64,000 nt of DNA, from sequence record MN882349.1, one strand, 5' to 3'. The position numbers were made by a program, and so were the translations under genes. Every line of letters starts with the position of its first letter. Position 1 is the stretch's first letter. Below, piece by piece: positions 55,577 through 64,000 of this stretch. Under the pieces are notes generated by a model. That model did not search any database. It had not been told where the DNA came from and saw only the letters and a list, made by a program, of their open reading frames with translations. Source of the DNA: Escherichia phage Ec_Makalu_003.

Positions 55577-55905
55577 TTTGGAAACTTCCCGTAAATGTTT
55601 TCTGCCAGCTTACGTGCATCGATGATAATGTCATTCATGCTATGCCCGTAGTGTTCAGCCATTGACATAATACAATCAACAAAGAAATTATATCGGCAAC
55701 GATTCAAGATTTGCTCTTTGCTGTAAACTTCATACTTGACGGTCGCGTGTACTTTCTCGATTGCCTTAATCGCTGTATTGACTTCACTGATAATGGTTTT
55801 CGCATTGTATGCACCACGACGGATCAGGATTTGAGTCAATTCTCTTGCAATATCTTGCATTTCTTCATATTCATGTTCAAGCATAATTAACCTCTCAAAA
55901 TACAA
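55573..55905 (-). CDS. hypothetical protein, 110 aa
   Basis: ATGA-type coupling with neighbours. Confidence 0.45.
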   Translation of the reverse strand: MYFERLIMLEHEYEEMQDIARELTQILIRRGAYNAKTIISEVNTAIKAIEKVHATVKYEVYSKEQILNRCRYNFFVDCIMSMAEHYGHSMNDIIIDARKLAENIYGKFPK

Positions 55906-55908
55906 TAC

Positions 55909-56241
55909 TTACAGATGAAAACCTGTTACGATCACCGCGTCGATCATACCGCTAGGGATAAACGGTTCACCCTCTTTTATCTCAACTTTGAATTGATGCC
56001 ATTTCGCTAATACTTCTTCCGGTACACCCAGCGATTCGGCATCTGCTTTAGTTTCATCCATAATCCAGCTAGGCTGCATGAGAGCATAGTTTACATAGTC
56101 CATTTCTGGGGTCATGTCATCAATGTTAATATATTTGCAGTTGACGCGTTTCAGAATTTCAAATTCTTTTTCATCAACCTGTACCATGTATAATTCAGTA
56201 GTTTCTGGAATCAGTTCCCACACAATCAGTACATTTTTCAT
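55909..56241 (-). CDS. hypothetical protein, 110 aa
   Basis: ORF in the t-52 variable block. Confidence 0.45.
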   Translation of the reverse strand: MKNVLIVWELIPETTELYMVQVDEKEFEILKRVNCKYINIDDMTPEMDYVNYALMQPSWIMDETKADAESLGVPEEVLAKWHQFKVEIKEGEPFIPSGMIDAVIVTGFHL

Positions 56242-56249
56242 AGTTCACC

Positions 56250-56618
56250 TCACTTAACAAAGATTTTCTTTAATGCTTTCAGGATCGTTGCTTCCGGCGC
56301 TTCTTCCGGTGGAGGAAGCAATTCTACCACTTCCTCTTCCAACTCGATATAGTCTACCAGATATTCTACATAGAATGCAAGTGCTTCCATGAAATTAGAT
56401 GCTACATCCGATTCACCACAAGCGCCTACATGCATTGTATAAACATCACTGCGATCAAGTTTGTGGATGCTTCCCAGATAGTTCCGGTTATACCAGACTT
56501 CCCACACTTTCAGTTTTCCGGTTTTAGTTGCTGTCTTATAATCTGTTTCGTAGTGGTGCAGTTGACGTTGCAGATCATTGATAATAACACATTTTTCGTA
56601 ATTGTTTTGAATTTCCAT
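56250..56618 (-). CDS. hypothetical protein, 122 aa
   Basis: ORF in the t-52 variable block. Confidence 0.45.
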   Translation of the reverse strand: MEIQNNYEKCVIINDLQRQLHHYETDYKTATKTGKLKVWEVWYNRNYLGSIHKLDRSDVYTMHVGACGESDVASNFMEALAFYVEYLVDYIELEEEVVELLPPPEEAPEATILKALKKIFVK

Positions 56619-56628
56619 GATGTAATCC

Positions 56629-56820
56629 TCACTTATCGTTAAGAAGTTCTAAAACTTTCTGTCGTACTTTGTCAATATTAGTTGACTCAAATACTGTACG
56701 GTATCCCCAACTTTGACCGTATGATCGAGAGCAATCCCCGTATCCCCATTGTTCAACCTGATAGTATTCAAGGAATGGGTGTTGCCGAACTATGATACCA
56801 TCGCGATTAAAAATTACCAT
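56629..56820 (-). CDS. hypothetical protein, 63 aa
   Basis: ORF in the t-52 variable block. Confidence 0.4.
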   Translation of the reverse strand: MVIFNRDGIIVRQHPFLEYYQVEQWGYGDCSRSYGQSWGYRTVFESTNIDKVRQKVLELLNDK

Positions 56821-56843
56821 AATATAATCCTCACGTCAACAAA

Positions 56844-57122
56844 CTATTTTCGGTTATACTTCTGCCACTTTCGGTAATACTGCTTGTAATGTTGTTTAAT
56901 GTTTGGCGGTTCGTCACTATACATGTTATCAACCATCATGTCAATAAGACCCTCCGGTGTTTGATAGCTCCCCGCTCGAATAAGTTCCTTAATTAAAAGA
57001 TCTTGCGTCGCTTTATACTCTACAATAACAACTGTCTTTTCTGCCTTTCCAATTCCGATCTGGTCGTTAGCTCTCATAGCATCCCACCAGTCTTTTTTAA
57101 ACTTCATGTTATTGAATTGCAT
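56844..57122 (-). CDS. hypothetical protein, 92 aa
   Basis: ORF in the t-52 variable block. Confidence 0.45.
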   Translation of the reverse strand: MQFNNMKFKKDWWDAMRANDQIGIGKAEKTVVIVEYKATQDLLIKELIRAGSYQTPEGLIDMMVDNMYSDEPPNIKQHYKQYYRKWQKYNRK

Positions 57123-57133
57123 AATTTAACCTC

Positions 57134-57892
57134 TTACTTGCAAACGTATTGATCTACATCAATTGCGCCACCGAATGTAGGATGACGTTTTTCAAATCGA
57201 ATAGTTCCGTCGTTTGGTTCGAAAACGGAGTATTCATATAGATCTTTCTTGCCAACATTCTTATAAAACCCGCCTTTAGTCATAACGGTTTCTTGTACGT
57301 TTGCTTTGTGTACATTGTATTCATCAATGTACACAAAATCAACCATCTTCCCATTTTTAATAGTTACTTTAAGATCCCCTGGCTGGTTTCCATATTTTGC
57401 ATACAGTGGAGATTCTTTAATTTTGGTGGAAATTCCATCTTTCATACTCCACTCATAACGAACGGTGCATTGATAGGTAAAAGTTTCGACCTTCGGTTCT
57501 TCCACCACTTTTGCTTCCTGTTTCGGTTGTTCTTCTTCAACCTTCGCAGAAGTCTCTGAATCGCTTTCTGACGCTGTTTCTTCTTTGGGTAATACATTCA
57601 TCAAGTTTTGGATTTGAGCGTTGTATACAGCCTCAAGTGGCTGAATCTGCCCTATATTGATCATTGTATCACGAACAGTTTTATTCCAGTTGCGTTGCTC
57701 TTGTTTCAGAGACGGATCAATCTTAACAGCCTTAACATATACTTCATGAAGTTTAGAATCAAGTGCGGAGATTGACTCGTTAGCACAAATAAACTTCTCT
57801 GATTTGGTGGTAGCCTTAGTGCAATCAAAGGACGCAGCATTAGCACCGATGGCAGTAGCAGAAAGAAAGATAGCAGCGATAATGTTTTTCAT
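57134..57892 (-). CDS. secreted protein with DUF1311 / LprI-like N-terminal domain
   Basis: signal peptide MKNIIAAIFLSATAIGANA then CTKATTKSEKFICANESISALDSKLHEVY...QRNW. Confidence 0.55.
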   Translation of the reverse strand: MKNIIAAIFLSATAIGANAASFDCTKATTKSEKFICANESISALDSKLHEVYVKAVKIDPSLKQEQRNWNKTVRDTMINIGQIQPLEAVYNAQIQNLMNVLPKEETASESDSETSAKVEEEQPKQEAKVVEEPKVETFTYQCTVRYEWSMKDGISTKIKESPLYAKYGNQPGDLKVTIKNGKMVDFVYIDEYNVHKANVQETVMTKGGFYKNVGKKDLYEYSVFEPNDGTIRFEKRHPTFGGAIDVDQYVCK

Positions 57893-57920
57893 AATATATT
57901 CCTCAATGTCTTGTCTTGAT

Positions 57921-57955
57921 GGGAGTATCTTACTACTCCCTTAATCCGGTGTCAA
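57921..57955 (-). promoter_or_regulatory. early promoter with stem-loop (PeSL)
   Basis: TTGACA followed by palindrome GGGAGTAGTAAGATACTCCC, same stem as the 22722 element. Confidence 0.6.
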
Positions 57956-57962
57956 CTACTTT

Positions 57963-58118
57963 TTAAATTTCTTCTACAGTAAAGTCTTCAATGTTGTTGT
58001 GCTCGGAGAACGTTGCCAGACCAGCATTCCATGCATCATCCTCAGAGAAGAATACACCGTAACGTTCATATCCTTTAGCGCCTTCAAATTTAATCATTAA
58101 TTTGTGAGTATGTTTCAT
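57963..58118 (-). CDS. hypothetical protein, 51 aa
   Basis: ATG at 58118 after the conserved leader. Confidence 0.35.
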   Translation of the reverse strand: MKHTHKLMIKFEGAKGYERYGVFFSEDDAWNAGLATFSEHNNIEDFTVEEI

Positions 58119-58149
58119 TTTGATTCTCCATCGTTGTCTTGATGAGTTT

Positions 58150-58178
58150 AGTATAGGGGATCACCGATCCCCTGTCAA
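58150..58178 (-). promoter_or_regulatory. early promoter with stem-loop (PeSL)
   Basis: TTGACA, spacer GGGGATCGGTGATCCCC, TATACT. Confidence 0.65.
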
Positions 58179-58187
58179 CAACTATTT

Positions 58188-58400
58188 TTAATTTTTACCC
58201 ACGCGTAAATTAATGCGCATTTTCTGCATAGCCATGATCTGGTTTACTGCTTCTTCTTTACGCTCTTTCGTGATAATGTGACCAGATTCCGCAAACGCTC
58301 CCGCAACTTCTTCTACGATCTCGCGAACTTGAGAACGTCCAAAGATGCGATTTCCTTCGTAGCTCATAAACTCGGTTACTACTTGCTCAATAGATTTCAT
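58188..58400 (-). CDS. hypothetical protein, 70 aa
   Basis: ORF after a PeSL. Confidence 0.45.
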   Translation of the reverse strand: MKSIEQVVTEFMSYEGNRIFGRSQVREIVEEVAGAFAESGHIITKERKEEAVNQIMAMQKMRINLRVGKN

Positions 58401-58427
58401 GTGATTCTCCTTCTTTCGTTTCGGTGT

Positions 58428-58462
58428 GGGAGTATGTTAATACTCCCGTTTCTTTACATCAA
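58428..58462 (-). promoter_or_regulatory. early promoter with stem-loop (PeSL variant)
   Basis: TTGATG followed by perfect palindrome GGGAGTATTAACATACTCCC. Confidence 0.55.
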
Positions 58463-58469
58463 CCAGTTT

Positions 58470-58712
58470 TTAGAAATTTTTCGCTTCTTCTTCGGTCATC
58501 ATAACCGCGCATTCGTGCATAACTTTGAAAACCGGATCAATCATGTCGAATGCCTCGCGAGACAATTTACGAGAAGCGATTTTGATTGCTTCAACGTCTT
58601 CTACTACAGGAACAAAAACAGTTTTCAGTTCATCGAGCACAGCAGCTTCTTTTTCATTCAGGAAGATTCCAGCGTCGTACAGTGCAACTTCGATAACATT
58701 AACTTTAACCAT
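58470..58712 (-). CDS. hypothetical protein, 80 aa
   Basis: ATG at 58712. Confidence 0.45.
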   Translation of the reverse strand: MVKVNVIEVALYDAGIFLNEKEAAVLDELKTVFVPVVEDVEAIKIASRKLSREAFDMIDPVFKVMHECAVMMTEEEAKNF

Positions 58713-58746
58713 TTTTATTTCCTCCAGTTCGTTTCGGTATGTGAGT

Positions 58747-58775
58747 ATAATACTACCGATGACCTTTGGCGTCAA
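58747..58775 (-). promoter_or_regulatory. early promoter, PeSL family with degenerate stem
   Basis: TTGACG, 17 nt, TATTAT. Confidence 0.5.
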
Positions 58776-58976
58776 CTAGTTTTTGTTATTTTCGTGAAAA
58801 TTTTTCGTCGCCTCATGTGCTTTTCGCTGGGCTTCTTGTTGTGCTTGCTGGCGTGCTGCCTCTTGTGAAGCCATAACGGAAGCATTTGCAGCAGTTACAG
58901 CCGCTACCATCGCTGCGGTATTAGCATTTACAGTACATGCACTAGCCAGCAAAGCAATTGCAATCATTTTCTTCAT
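58776..58976 (-). CDS. small secreted protein, 66 aa
   Basis: signal peptide MKKMIAIALLASACTVNA; Ala/Gln-rich mature part. Confidence 0.45.
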   Translation of the reverse strand: MKKMIAIALLASACTVNANTAAMVAAVTAANASVMASQEAARQQAQQEAQRKAHEATKNFHENNKN

Positions 58977-59158
58977 AGTTTCCCCTTTAGGTTATCTTCG
59001 ACCTTCATCCATTCCGCGTATTCTTGCGCAGCTACTTTCGGATTTAGTCCGTCTTCGTACATTGCATCGAGTAATTCTTCGTCGGTGGGCTTATACCCTA
59101 GATAAGCCTCCACCTGATTTTTCCAAATTTTATACCAGTTCATATTATCACCAATCAA
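58973..59158 (-). CDS. hypothetical protein, 61 aa
   Basis: coupled to neighbours. Confidence 0.4.
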   Translation of the reverse strand: MIGDNMNWYKIWKNQVEAYLGYKPTDEELLDAMYEDGLNPKVAAQEYAEWMKVEDNLKGKL

Positions 59159-59420
59159 GAGCGCGTGTCTCTGCGTCTTCCCATGCTTGATCCATTACAG
59201 CCTTAAAAACATACTCTAAGGTATCATCTTTAGAGAATCCGAAGACTTTAGACGGAATATCTTCGATTGCCACTCCCGCAACTTCTGCATTACGCGCTTG
59301 GCAATAATGCAACTCTAAGTTATCGAGATAGCGACCGCCTAATTTCTCCATATCGTCCCAACATTTCCAATAACCGACTTTATCGGCAATTGCTAACACT
59401 TTGCTGTTTTTGTTGCTCAT
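59148..59420 (-). CDS. hypothetical protein, 90 aa
   Basis: ORF after the PeSL at 59446. Confidence 0.45.
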   Translation of the reverse strand: MSNKNSKVLAIADKVGYWKCWDDMEKLGGRYLDNLELHYCQARNAEVAGVAIEDIPSKVFGFSKDDTLEYVFKAVMDQAWEDAETRALDW

Positions 59421-59445
59421 CTTTGATTCTCCTTTTGTTTGGTGT

Positions 59446-59481
59446 GGGGAGTATTTTACTACTCCCTTGTTCTGGTGTCAA
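59446..59481 (-). promoter_or_regulatory. early promoter with stem-loop (PeSL)
   Basis: TTGACA followed by palindrome GGGAGTAGTAAAATACTCCCC. Confidence 0.55.
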
Positions 59482-59487
59482 TAGACT

Positions 59488-59694
59488 TTATTTGATTATT
59501 TCAAATTTTGCTACCGGATCACCATTTCGTTTGGTTGCAGTAAGTTGTTGCTTGTCAAAGTAAAACCAAATATAGTCACCATGAACTACATCAAATGTAT
59601 TTCCGCTATTGTCCGTGAATGCATCAACATCATAATCACACCCGACACTAAAGCTATAATTGATGTGGTCGGTTTCAATGCAACGTACTTTCAT
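59488..59694 (-). CDS. small protein, 68 aa (paralogue of 32227..32445)
   Basis: ATG at 59694; C-terminal TKRNGDPVAKFEIIK. Confidence 0.45.
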   Translation of the reverse strand: MKVRCIETDHINYSFSVGCDYDVDAFTDNSGNTFDVVHGDYIWFYFDKQQLTATKRNGDPVAKFEIIK

Positions 59695-59727
59695 TTTTTG
59701 ATTCTCCTGTTGTTTCAGTTTGGGTGT

Positions 59728-59756
59728 ATTATGCAATGTTTGATTATGGGAGTCAA
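59728..59756 (-). promoter_or_regulatory. early promoter, PeSL family with degenerate stem
   Basis: TTGACT, 17 nt, CATAAT. Confidence 0.5.
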
Positions 59757-59805
59757 CAACTTTTCAAATAAAAAAGCCGACCACAAGGATCGGCTTAATA
59801 ATCAA

Positions 59806-60201
59806 TTACTTACTAAATTTCTTTTTGGCTTCGTCTACTGCATGAGATGCTAGTACCGCTGCCGCATGTGCACTTTTATCTGTGTTACAGAGAACACCCA
59901 GATAAACATCACGCCAAAGTTTAATCATCTCGTAGATCATATCAATATCATTTTCTTGTTTGTTGGCGATGCTATTCGTCGTTATCTGGTAAGGCAACGG
60001 TTTGATCTGTACTGGTTCCGCCATCGGGCTAATCGGTTTCGGATCGGTCATAATAGGTTCTGTTGTCGGTGATGTTTTCCATACGCCATTATCCCACGGT
60101 TTAATCGTTGTATCGTACAGTTTATAAGGATTTTTGTCTGGATTAACCATCCATGCATGATGATTACCCAAACCATTTGCAGTGATGCGTCGTTCAGTCA
60201 T
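59806..60201 (-). CDS. hypothetical protein, 131 aa
   Basis: ORF upstream of gene 52; not MotA-like. Confidence 0.45.
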   Translation of the reverse strand: MTERRITANGLGNHHAWMVNPDKNPYKLYDTTIKPWDNGVWKTSPTTEPIMTDPKPISPMAEPVQIKPLPYQITTNSIANKQENDIDMIYEMIKLWRDVYLGVLCNTDKSAHAAAVLASHAVDEAKKKFSK

Positions 60202-60204
60202 AAT

Positions 60205-60408
60205 TTATTTCCTCTCTGATAATTCTTTCATCAAGCTGTCGATCTTTGCTCTGTGTTCTGGCGTGTTTGTCATCTCTGCTAATTTGCTCAGAGATTCACT
60301 GGTGATCCGGTTGGATTCTTCCAGTGTTTCAACGACCATTGGCACAATCTTTTTATTTTTGTACACAAATGCAATATAACCGCCTTCTGGATACTCTTTC
60401 ATAATCAA
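60205..60408 (-). CDS. hypothetical protein, 67 aa
   Basis: ATGA overlap with gene 52. Confidence 0.45.
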   Translation of the reverse strand: MIMKEYPEGGYIAFVYKNKKIVPMVVETLEESNRITSESLSKLAEMTNTPEHRAKIDSLMKELSERK

Positions 60409-61784
60409 CCCTTCTTAAGTTCTTTAAGATCTTTCTTATATTCCTTCATTGCGGTCGTCTTTGTCCAATACTCATATTCACTATGATGTTTATCGGCATC
60501 TTTGACCAGTCGATCATACTCTTCTTGGGTAACGCTGTACAATGGCATAGAAACTAGCTTATCGGCGTATGGACGCAGTTTTTCATGTCCATTGATGGAT
60601 TGCATTACCTCGGCCTTTTTCTTTCCCTGTAGCTCGATTTCGCCCTTAATTACGCGATCGATAAATTCTGCTTTAGCCATTGCATAATTGTATGCTTCCA
60701 GTGTTTCGGCTTGCATCAATTCAATGCGTTTATCTACATAGCCTAATCGGATTTCGACGAATCGACGGATCAGATCGCTCGCTTTCTCGAATACTTCAAC
60801 TAAACCACGTTCGTTAACTACTACGATATTTTGGGCTACTAACTGCGTTAGTTTAAAATCCTTCATGATTTGCTCATGTCGAGCGGATTCATCTTCGCTT
60901 TTGAAATAATCGCGTTTCAGTGTTACTTCAAATCTGAATCCATCCTTAGAGCAACGGTCATTATACGATACAATCAGATCTTTTTCTTCCAGTGCATCCA
61001 GTACCGCTACATATTCTTCACGGTCGAACTTATAAGGAACTTCTGATATTGTCAGTTTAGTCTTGCCGTTTAGTTCATATGTACCCTCAAGAATCACACC
61101 ATCGCGATCATCTCGCGGGATAACTTTACCCGTGAATTTCGGGAATTGAACAGTAGGTTCTTTATCCAGTTTTCCGGCAAGTGCTAGCTCTGTGCATTCG
61201 ATGAGGCTTTCCAGTGAATGCGGTAAAATGTCAGTTTTATACCCTGTAGCAATACCACTAATACCATTAGCCAATACCATTGGTACAACTGGCAAGTAGA
61301 ATGCTGGCGGGATGTGTTCCAGATCTTCGTGCTTAGGTGCGCAATTCATATCTTTATAGATTTTAAAGAAGTTTTCATGCACACGAGCAAAGATATAACG
61401 TGCTGCCCCCGCTTTCTGGACTAAACGCGATCCAAAGTTACCTTGACCGTCAAGCAGCGGAGTATTATTGCTCCATGTATTCGCCATGAGCGATCCGGCT
61501 TCTACGGCATTAGTTTCCCCGTGATGATAACCTAACTCAGCAACACCAGATCCAATATCTGCCATCTTACGGAATTTTTTACGGTCGCCTTTACTCTTTT
61601 GCAAAGCACATTCCATAACAAAGCGTTGCACTGGTTTAAGCCCATCTACTAATTGAGGAATCCCGCGTTCCTCGGCAGAATAGATCGCATATTCCTTAGC
61701 TTCATTATGTACAATGCTTTCAAGGCTACGGTAAGTAATTGTGTTTATAATTTGACTAATTTTATCCATCTTCACCTCATACAC
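60405..61784 (-). CDS. 52: DNA topoisomerase II medium subunit gp52
   Basis: GyrA-type motifs GLKPVQRF and ARY (active-site Tyr); 459 aa. Confidence 0.85.
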   Translation of the reverse strand: MYEVKMDKISQIINTITYRSLESIVHNEAKEYAIYSAEERGIPQLVDGLKPVQRFVMECALQKSKGDRKKFRKMADIGSGVAELGYHHGETNAVEAGSLMANTWSNNTPLLDGQGNFGSRLVQKAGAARYIFARVHENFFKIYKDMNCAPKHEDLEHIPPAFYLPVVPMVLANGISGIATGYKTDILPHSLESLIECTELALAGKLDKEPTVQFPKFTGKVIPRDDRDGVILEGTYELNGKTKLTISEVPYKFDREEYVAVLDALEEKDLIVSYNDRCSKDGFRFEVTLKRDYFKSEDESARHEQIMKDFKLTQLVAQNIVVVNERGLVEVFEKASDLIRRFVEIRLGYVDKRIELMQAETLEAYNYAMAKAEFIDRVIKGEIELQGKKKAEVMQSINGHEKLRPYADKLVSMPLYSVTQEEYDRLVKDADKHHSEYEYWTKTTAMKEYKKDLKELKKG

Positions 61785-62139
61785 GCTTACAAATCACATT
61801 CTTTACTTTATCAGATTTATCAGCCCAATCCAATAGCCATTTTAACGGAAGGATGGAAACAATAAACGGGGCAGCAATCAAAGCAAACATGATACACCGG
61901 ATAATCAGGAAAACGCAAGTAACAAAGCTAGCGATAGTGATCCCGACAAAACAAAATACCATAGAAAACAGAGTAATGATATAGAAAGGCCAGAATACCC
62001 ACTCCCGCATCTTAACGCCTTTGTATTCCCTGAATTGCTTAAAGTCTACAAACAATTCGCGGATAGACGCATACAGAACAGAAAAATCATCTTTCATTGC
62101 TCTGAATGAGCAATCTTCTATTTTAGAATGACCTAGCAT
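61777..62139 (-). CDS. membrane protein, 120 aa
   Basis: two strongly hydrophobic segments. Confidence 0.45.
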   Translation of the reverse strand: MLGHSKIEDCSFRAMKDDFSVLYASIRELFVDFKQFREYKGVKMREWVFWPFYIITLFSMVFCFVGITIASFVTCVFLIIRCIMFALIAAPFIVSILPLKWLLDWADKSDKVKNVICKRV

Positions 62140-62141
62140 TA

Positions 62142-62435
62142 TTAACCGCCTTTCATCATTGATACTGGAATTGTTTTCTGGTTTGTGTATAGGTGTCCTA
62201 CTTCAAATTTTTCTTGAATCACCACAACGTTACAATATCCGCTGTCTTTAAGTTTTCTGATAATGTCTCGCTTTTGTTCGTCGGTGATAGGATTGACGGT
62301 TCGAACAAGTTCACCGCAAATAATAGCACCATCTTTACAATTACCAGTAACTTTCATGCTACGACCGTGAACAACAACCACATCACCGTAAATCACATTT
62401 TCGTCGTCGTATTTGGTAATAATCGTGACCGTCAT
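62142..62435 (-). CDS. hypothetical protein, 97 aa
   Basis: ORF between 52 and rIIB. Confidence 0.45.
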   Translation of the reverse strand: MTVTIITKYDDENVIYGDVVVVHGRSMKVTGNCKDGAIICGELVRTVNPITDEQKRDIIRKLKDSGYCNVVVIQEKFEVGHLYTNQKTIPVSMMKGG

Positions 62436-62480
62436 AATATATTCCCTCTAAGAAAGGCCGCGCAAAGCGGCCTACGTTGA

Positions 62481-62804
62481 TTATTGTTCTACAGTATAAC
62501 CGTTGTTTTCAAGCCATGCAATAACAATCTTTTCGCCAATTTCATCGAGCATTTCATCAGCGCCATATTCTTTAATGAAAGTCGATGGGTCATTATTGCT
62601 TACTACATGCTGAATAACAACATGTTCAGGGATTGCATCTAACAGTTCATCATGGTCATACTCGTTAGCAATATCTTCAACGGTAACATTATTAGCCAGA
62701 TCCACATCGTCTAAAGTCACCGTAACGCGATGAGATGGATATAATACCTGTTCTACTTCAACATGTGCACTTTCGCAAGTAACCTTCATATCAATCATAA
62801 TCAA
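62481..62804 (-). CDS. acidic hypothetical protein, 107 aa
   Basis: ORF between 52 and rIIB. Confidence 0.45.
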   Translation of the reverse strand: MIMIDMKVTCESAHVEVEQVLYPSHRVTVTLDDVDLANNVTVEDIANEYDHDELLDAIPEHVVIQHVVSNNDPSTFIKEYGADEMLDEIGEKIVIAWLENNGYTVEQ

Positions 62805-62812
62805 TTCCTCTG

Positions 62813-63814
62813 TTAGTAATGGCTAAAACCTTCGGTTACATCTTCAACCACATAGTAACGATGACAGCGCATTTTGGCATTCGCATAATCTTTCGGGATA
62901 CTTACAACGTGACGCGGGTCAACTTTACATTTAATGATTCGGCCTCGTCCACCGCCATAGTGTGGAATATAGTGTTTCGCTGCAACGTGGAGGCCATTAG
63001 AGCAAGTGCGATCATCATCTGGGTCCACGTCTTTACGCTTCATTTTAACCGTGCGCCCTGGGCTATTATCAAACGTATGCGTAAAGAAATCTTTATAATC
63101 AACATCAACACGTTTCCATGCATAGAAACAACCATCTTCCCCGATCTCAATGTCGTTGTGCTCTAAGAAGTCAAACAGACGATCTACCGCCTTACGGCTA
63201 GGATTCTTCTTGCACTTCTCAAAGAAGTTCAGATAGTGCGTATATGGCTTATTCTCTTTAATCGACTCAACAACTCGACGAGTCAGATTATTATCAAGAA
63301 CAATATTATGATAATACACAATACCATTTTCGATACGGAAAGCGCCGTGATAATATACTTCAACCGCTTTCTTAATGTCAATCAGCGTAATAGCTTTGAT
63401 GAAATCATTTTGTTTAATCGCTTCCAGTGCTTCATTAAAGTTAACATGTGATGGGTCAGCAGTATAAACAATGTCACCACATGTAATAGTAATGAATTTA
63501 GATGAGGCTATTGCTACGATTTTTGAGGAAGTGGTCACGGGCTTTTTTGCGCGTTCACCGCCTTTTCCTTTACTGGTTTTACGGCGTGCTTTACGGTTTT
63601 CCAGTGCCTTGCGACCTTCCGCTACTGCGTCTTTCTGAATCAGTAATACACGGGAGGCAGTGCGACGAGATACACCAAATGCTGCCGCAAGTGCTTCGCG
63701 GGTAGTAAACTTACCTTCGCCCCACTGTTTAGCCAGTTTGATTTGTTTCGCAGAGTCCAGGCATTGAACGTTACGGTCAGAGACGGTGATTTTTGCTTTA
63801 GTCATAGTATTCAT
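62813..63814 (-). CDS. rIIB: rIIB
   Basis: FYAWKRVD, TFDNSPGRTVKMKR, CSNGLHVAAK, DPRHVVSIP, YYVVEDVTE match T4 RIIB as recalled. Confidence 0.8.
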   Translation of the reverse strand: MNTMTKAKITVSDRNVQCLDSAKQIKLAKQWGEGKFTTREALAAAFGVSRRTASRVLLIQKDAVAEGRKALENRKARRKTSKGKGGERAKKPVTTSSKIVAIASSKFITITCGDIVYTADPSHVNFNEALEAIKQNDFIKAITLIDIKKAVEVYYHGAFRIENGIVYYHNIVLDNNLTRRVVESIKENKPYTHYLNFFEKCKKNPSRKAVDRLFDFLEHNDIEIGEDGCFYAWKRVDVDYKDFFTHTFDNSPGRTVKMKRKDVDPDDDRTCSNGLHVAAKHYIPHYGGGRGRIIKCKVDPRHVVSIPKDYANAKMRCHRYYVVEDVTEGFSHY

Positions 63815-63866
63815 TCCTCTATTAGTGGGCGACTATCGCCGCCCGATTCACAACATTATACCAGAA

Positions 63867-64000
63867 TTATTTTGCTTCGACAACCTTGCGGATCGTGCGG
63901 TCTGATACATTATAGATTCGTGCCAGTTCGCCTTTAGTCAAGCCGCGAGCGTATTGTTTACGGATGGTTTCTTTCTGGATAGCGGTCAGTTTAGTCATAA
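63867..64000 (-). CDS. partial ORF with HTH-like region, truncated by the window edge
   Basis: reading frame open to the window end; could be the 3' end of a longer gene such as rIIA. Confidence 0.3.
   Translation of the reverse strand, partial: MTKLTAIQKETIRKQYARGLTKGELARIYNVSDRTIRKVVEAK

Noticed and set aside
63867-64000. Complete small HTH gene at the window end
   Set aside because: The reading frame remains open to the last base of the window, so this is probably the 3' end of a longer gene (possibly rIIA).
1-64000. tRNA or other structured RNA genes
   Set aside because: No cloverleaf-compatible segment was recognised by eye; coding density leaves little room, but a proper tRNAscan/Infernal run is required to exclude them.

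Overview
This window reads as a T4-like myophage (Straboviridae/Tevenvirinae-type) genome segment. About 35 proteins are recognisable by eye as T4 homologues, in T4 order: hoc-inh-uvsW-uvsW.1-uvsY-25-26-51-27-28-29-48-54-alt-[variable block]-30-31-cd-pseT-spanins-rnlA-denA-nrdB-nrdA-td-frd-32-59-33-dsbA-rnh-34-35-36-37-t-[variable block]-52-rIIB. The variable blocks (about 16.8-24.6 kb, 31.5-35.1 kb, 55.3-60.4 kb) are built from roughly 23 copies of a stereotyped cassette: a sigma70-like early promoter whose -35/-10 region carries a GC-rich palindrome, a conserved leader ending in AGGAGA, then one or more small ORFs. As far as I recall this matches the promoter-early stem-loop (PeSL) elements described for RB49-group phages. 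The candidates I would follow up first are: (1) a translationally coupled operon encoding a DUF262/ParB-like protein, a zinc ribbon and a minimal C5-methyltransferase-fold protein; (2) a NADAR-like domain protein coupled to DNA ligase, in a genome with two Alt-type ADP-ribosyltransferases; (3) a CYTH-like triphosphate-tunnel enzyme between rnh and dsbA; (4) a six-member paralogous small-protein array with an H-x-H-x-HW motif; (5) a gp37 with a C-terminal S74-like intramolecular chaperone domain and no gp38. All calls rest on reading the six-frame translations and recalled motifs; no database search was run, so every family assignment needs HMM/BLAST confirmation.
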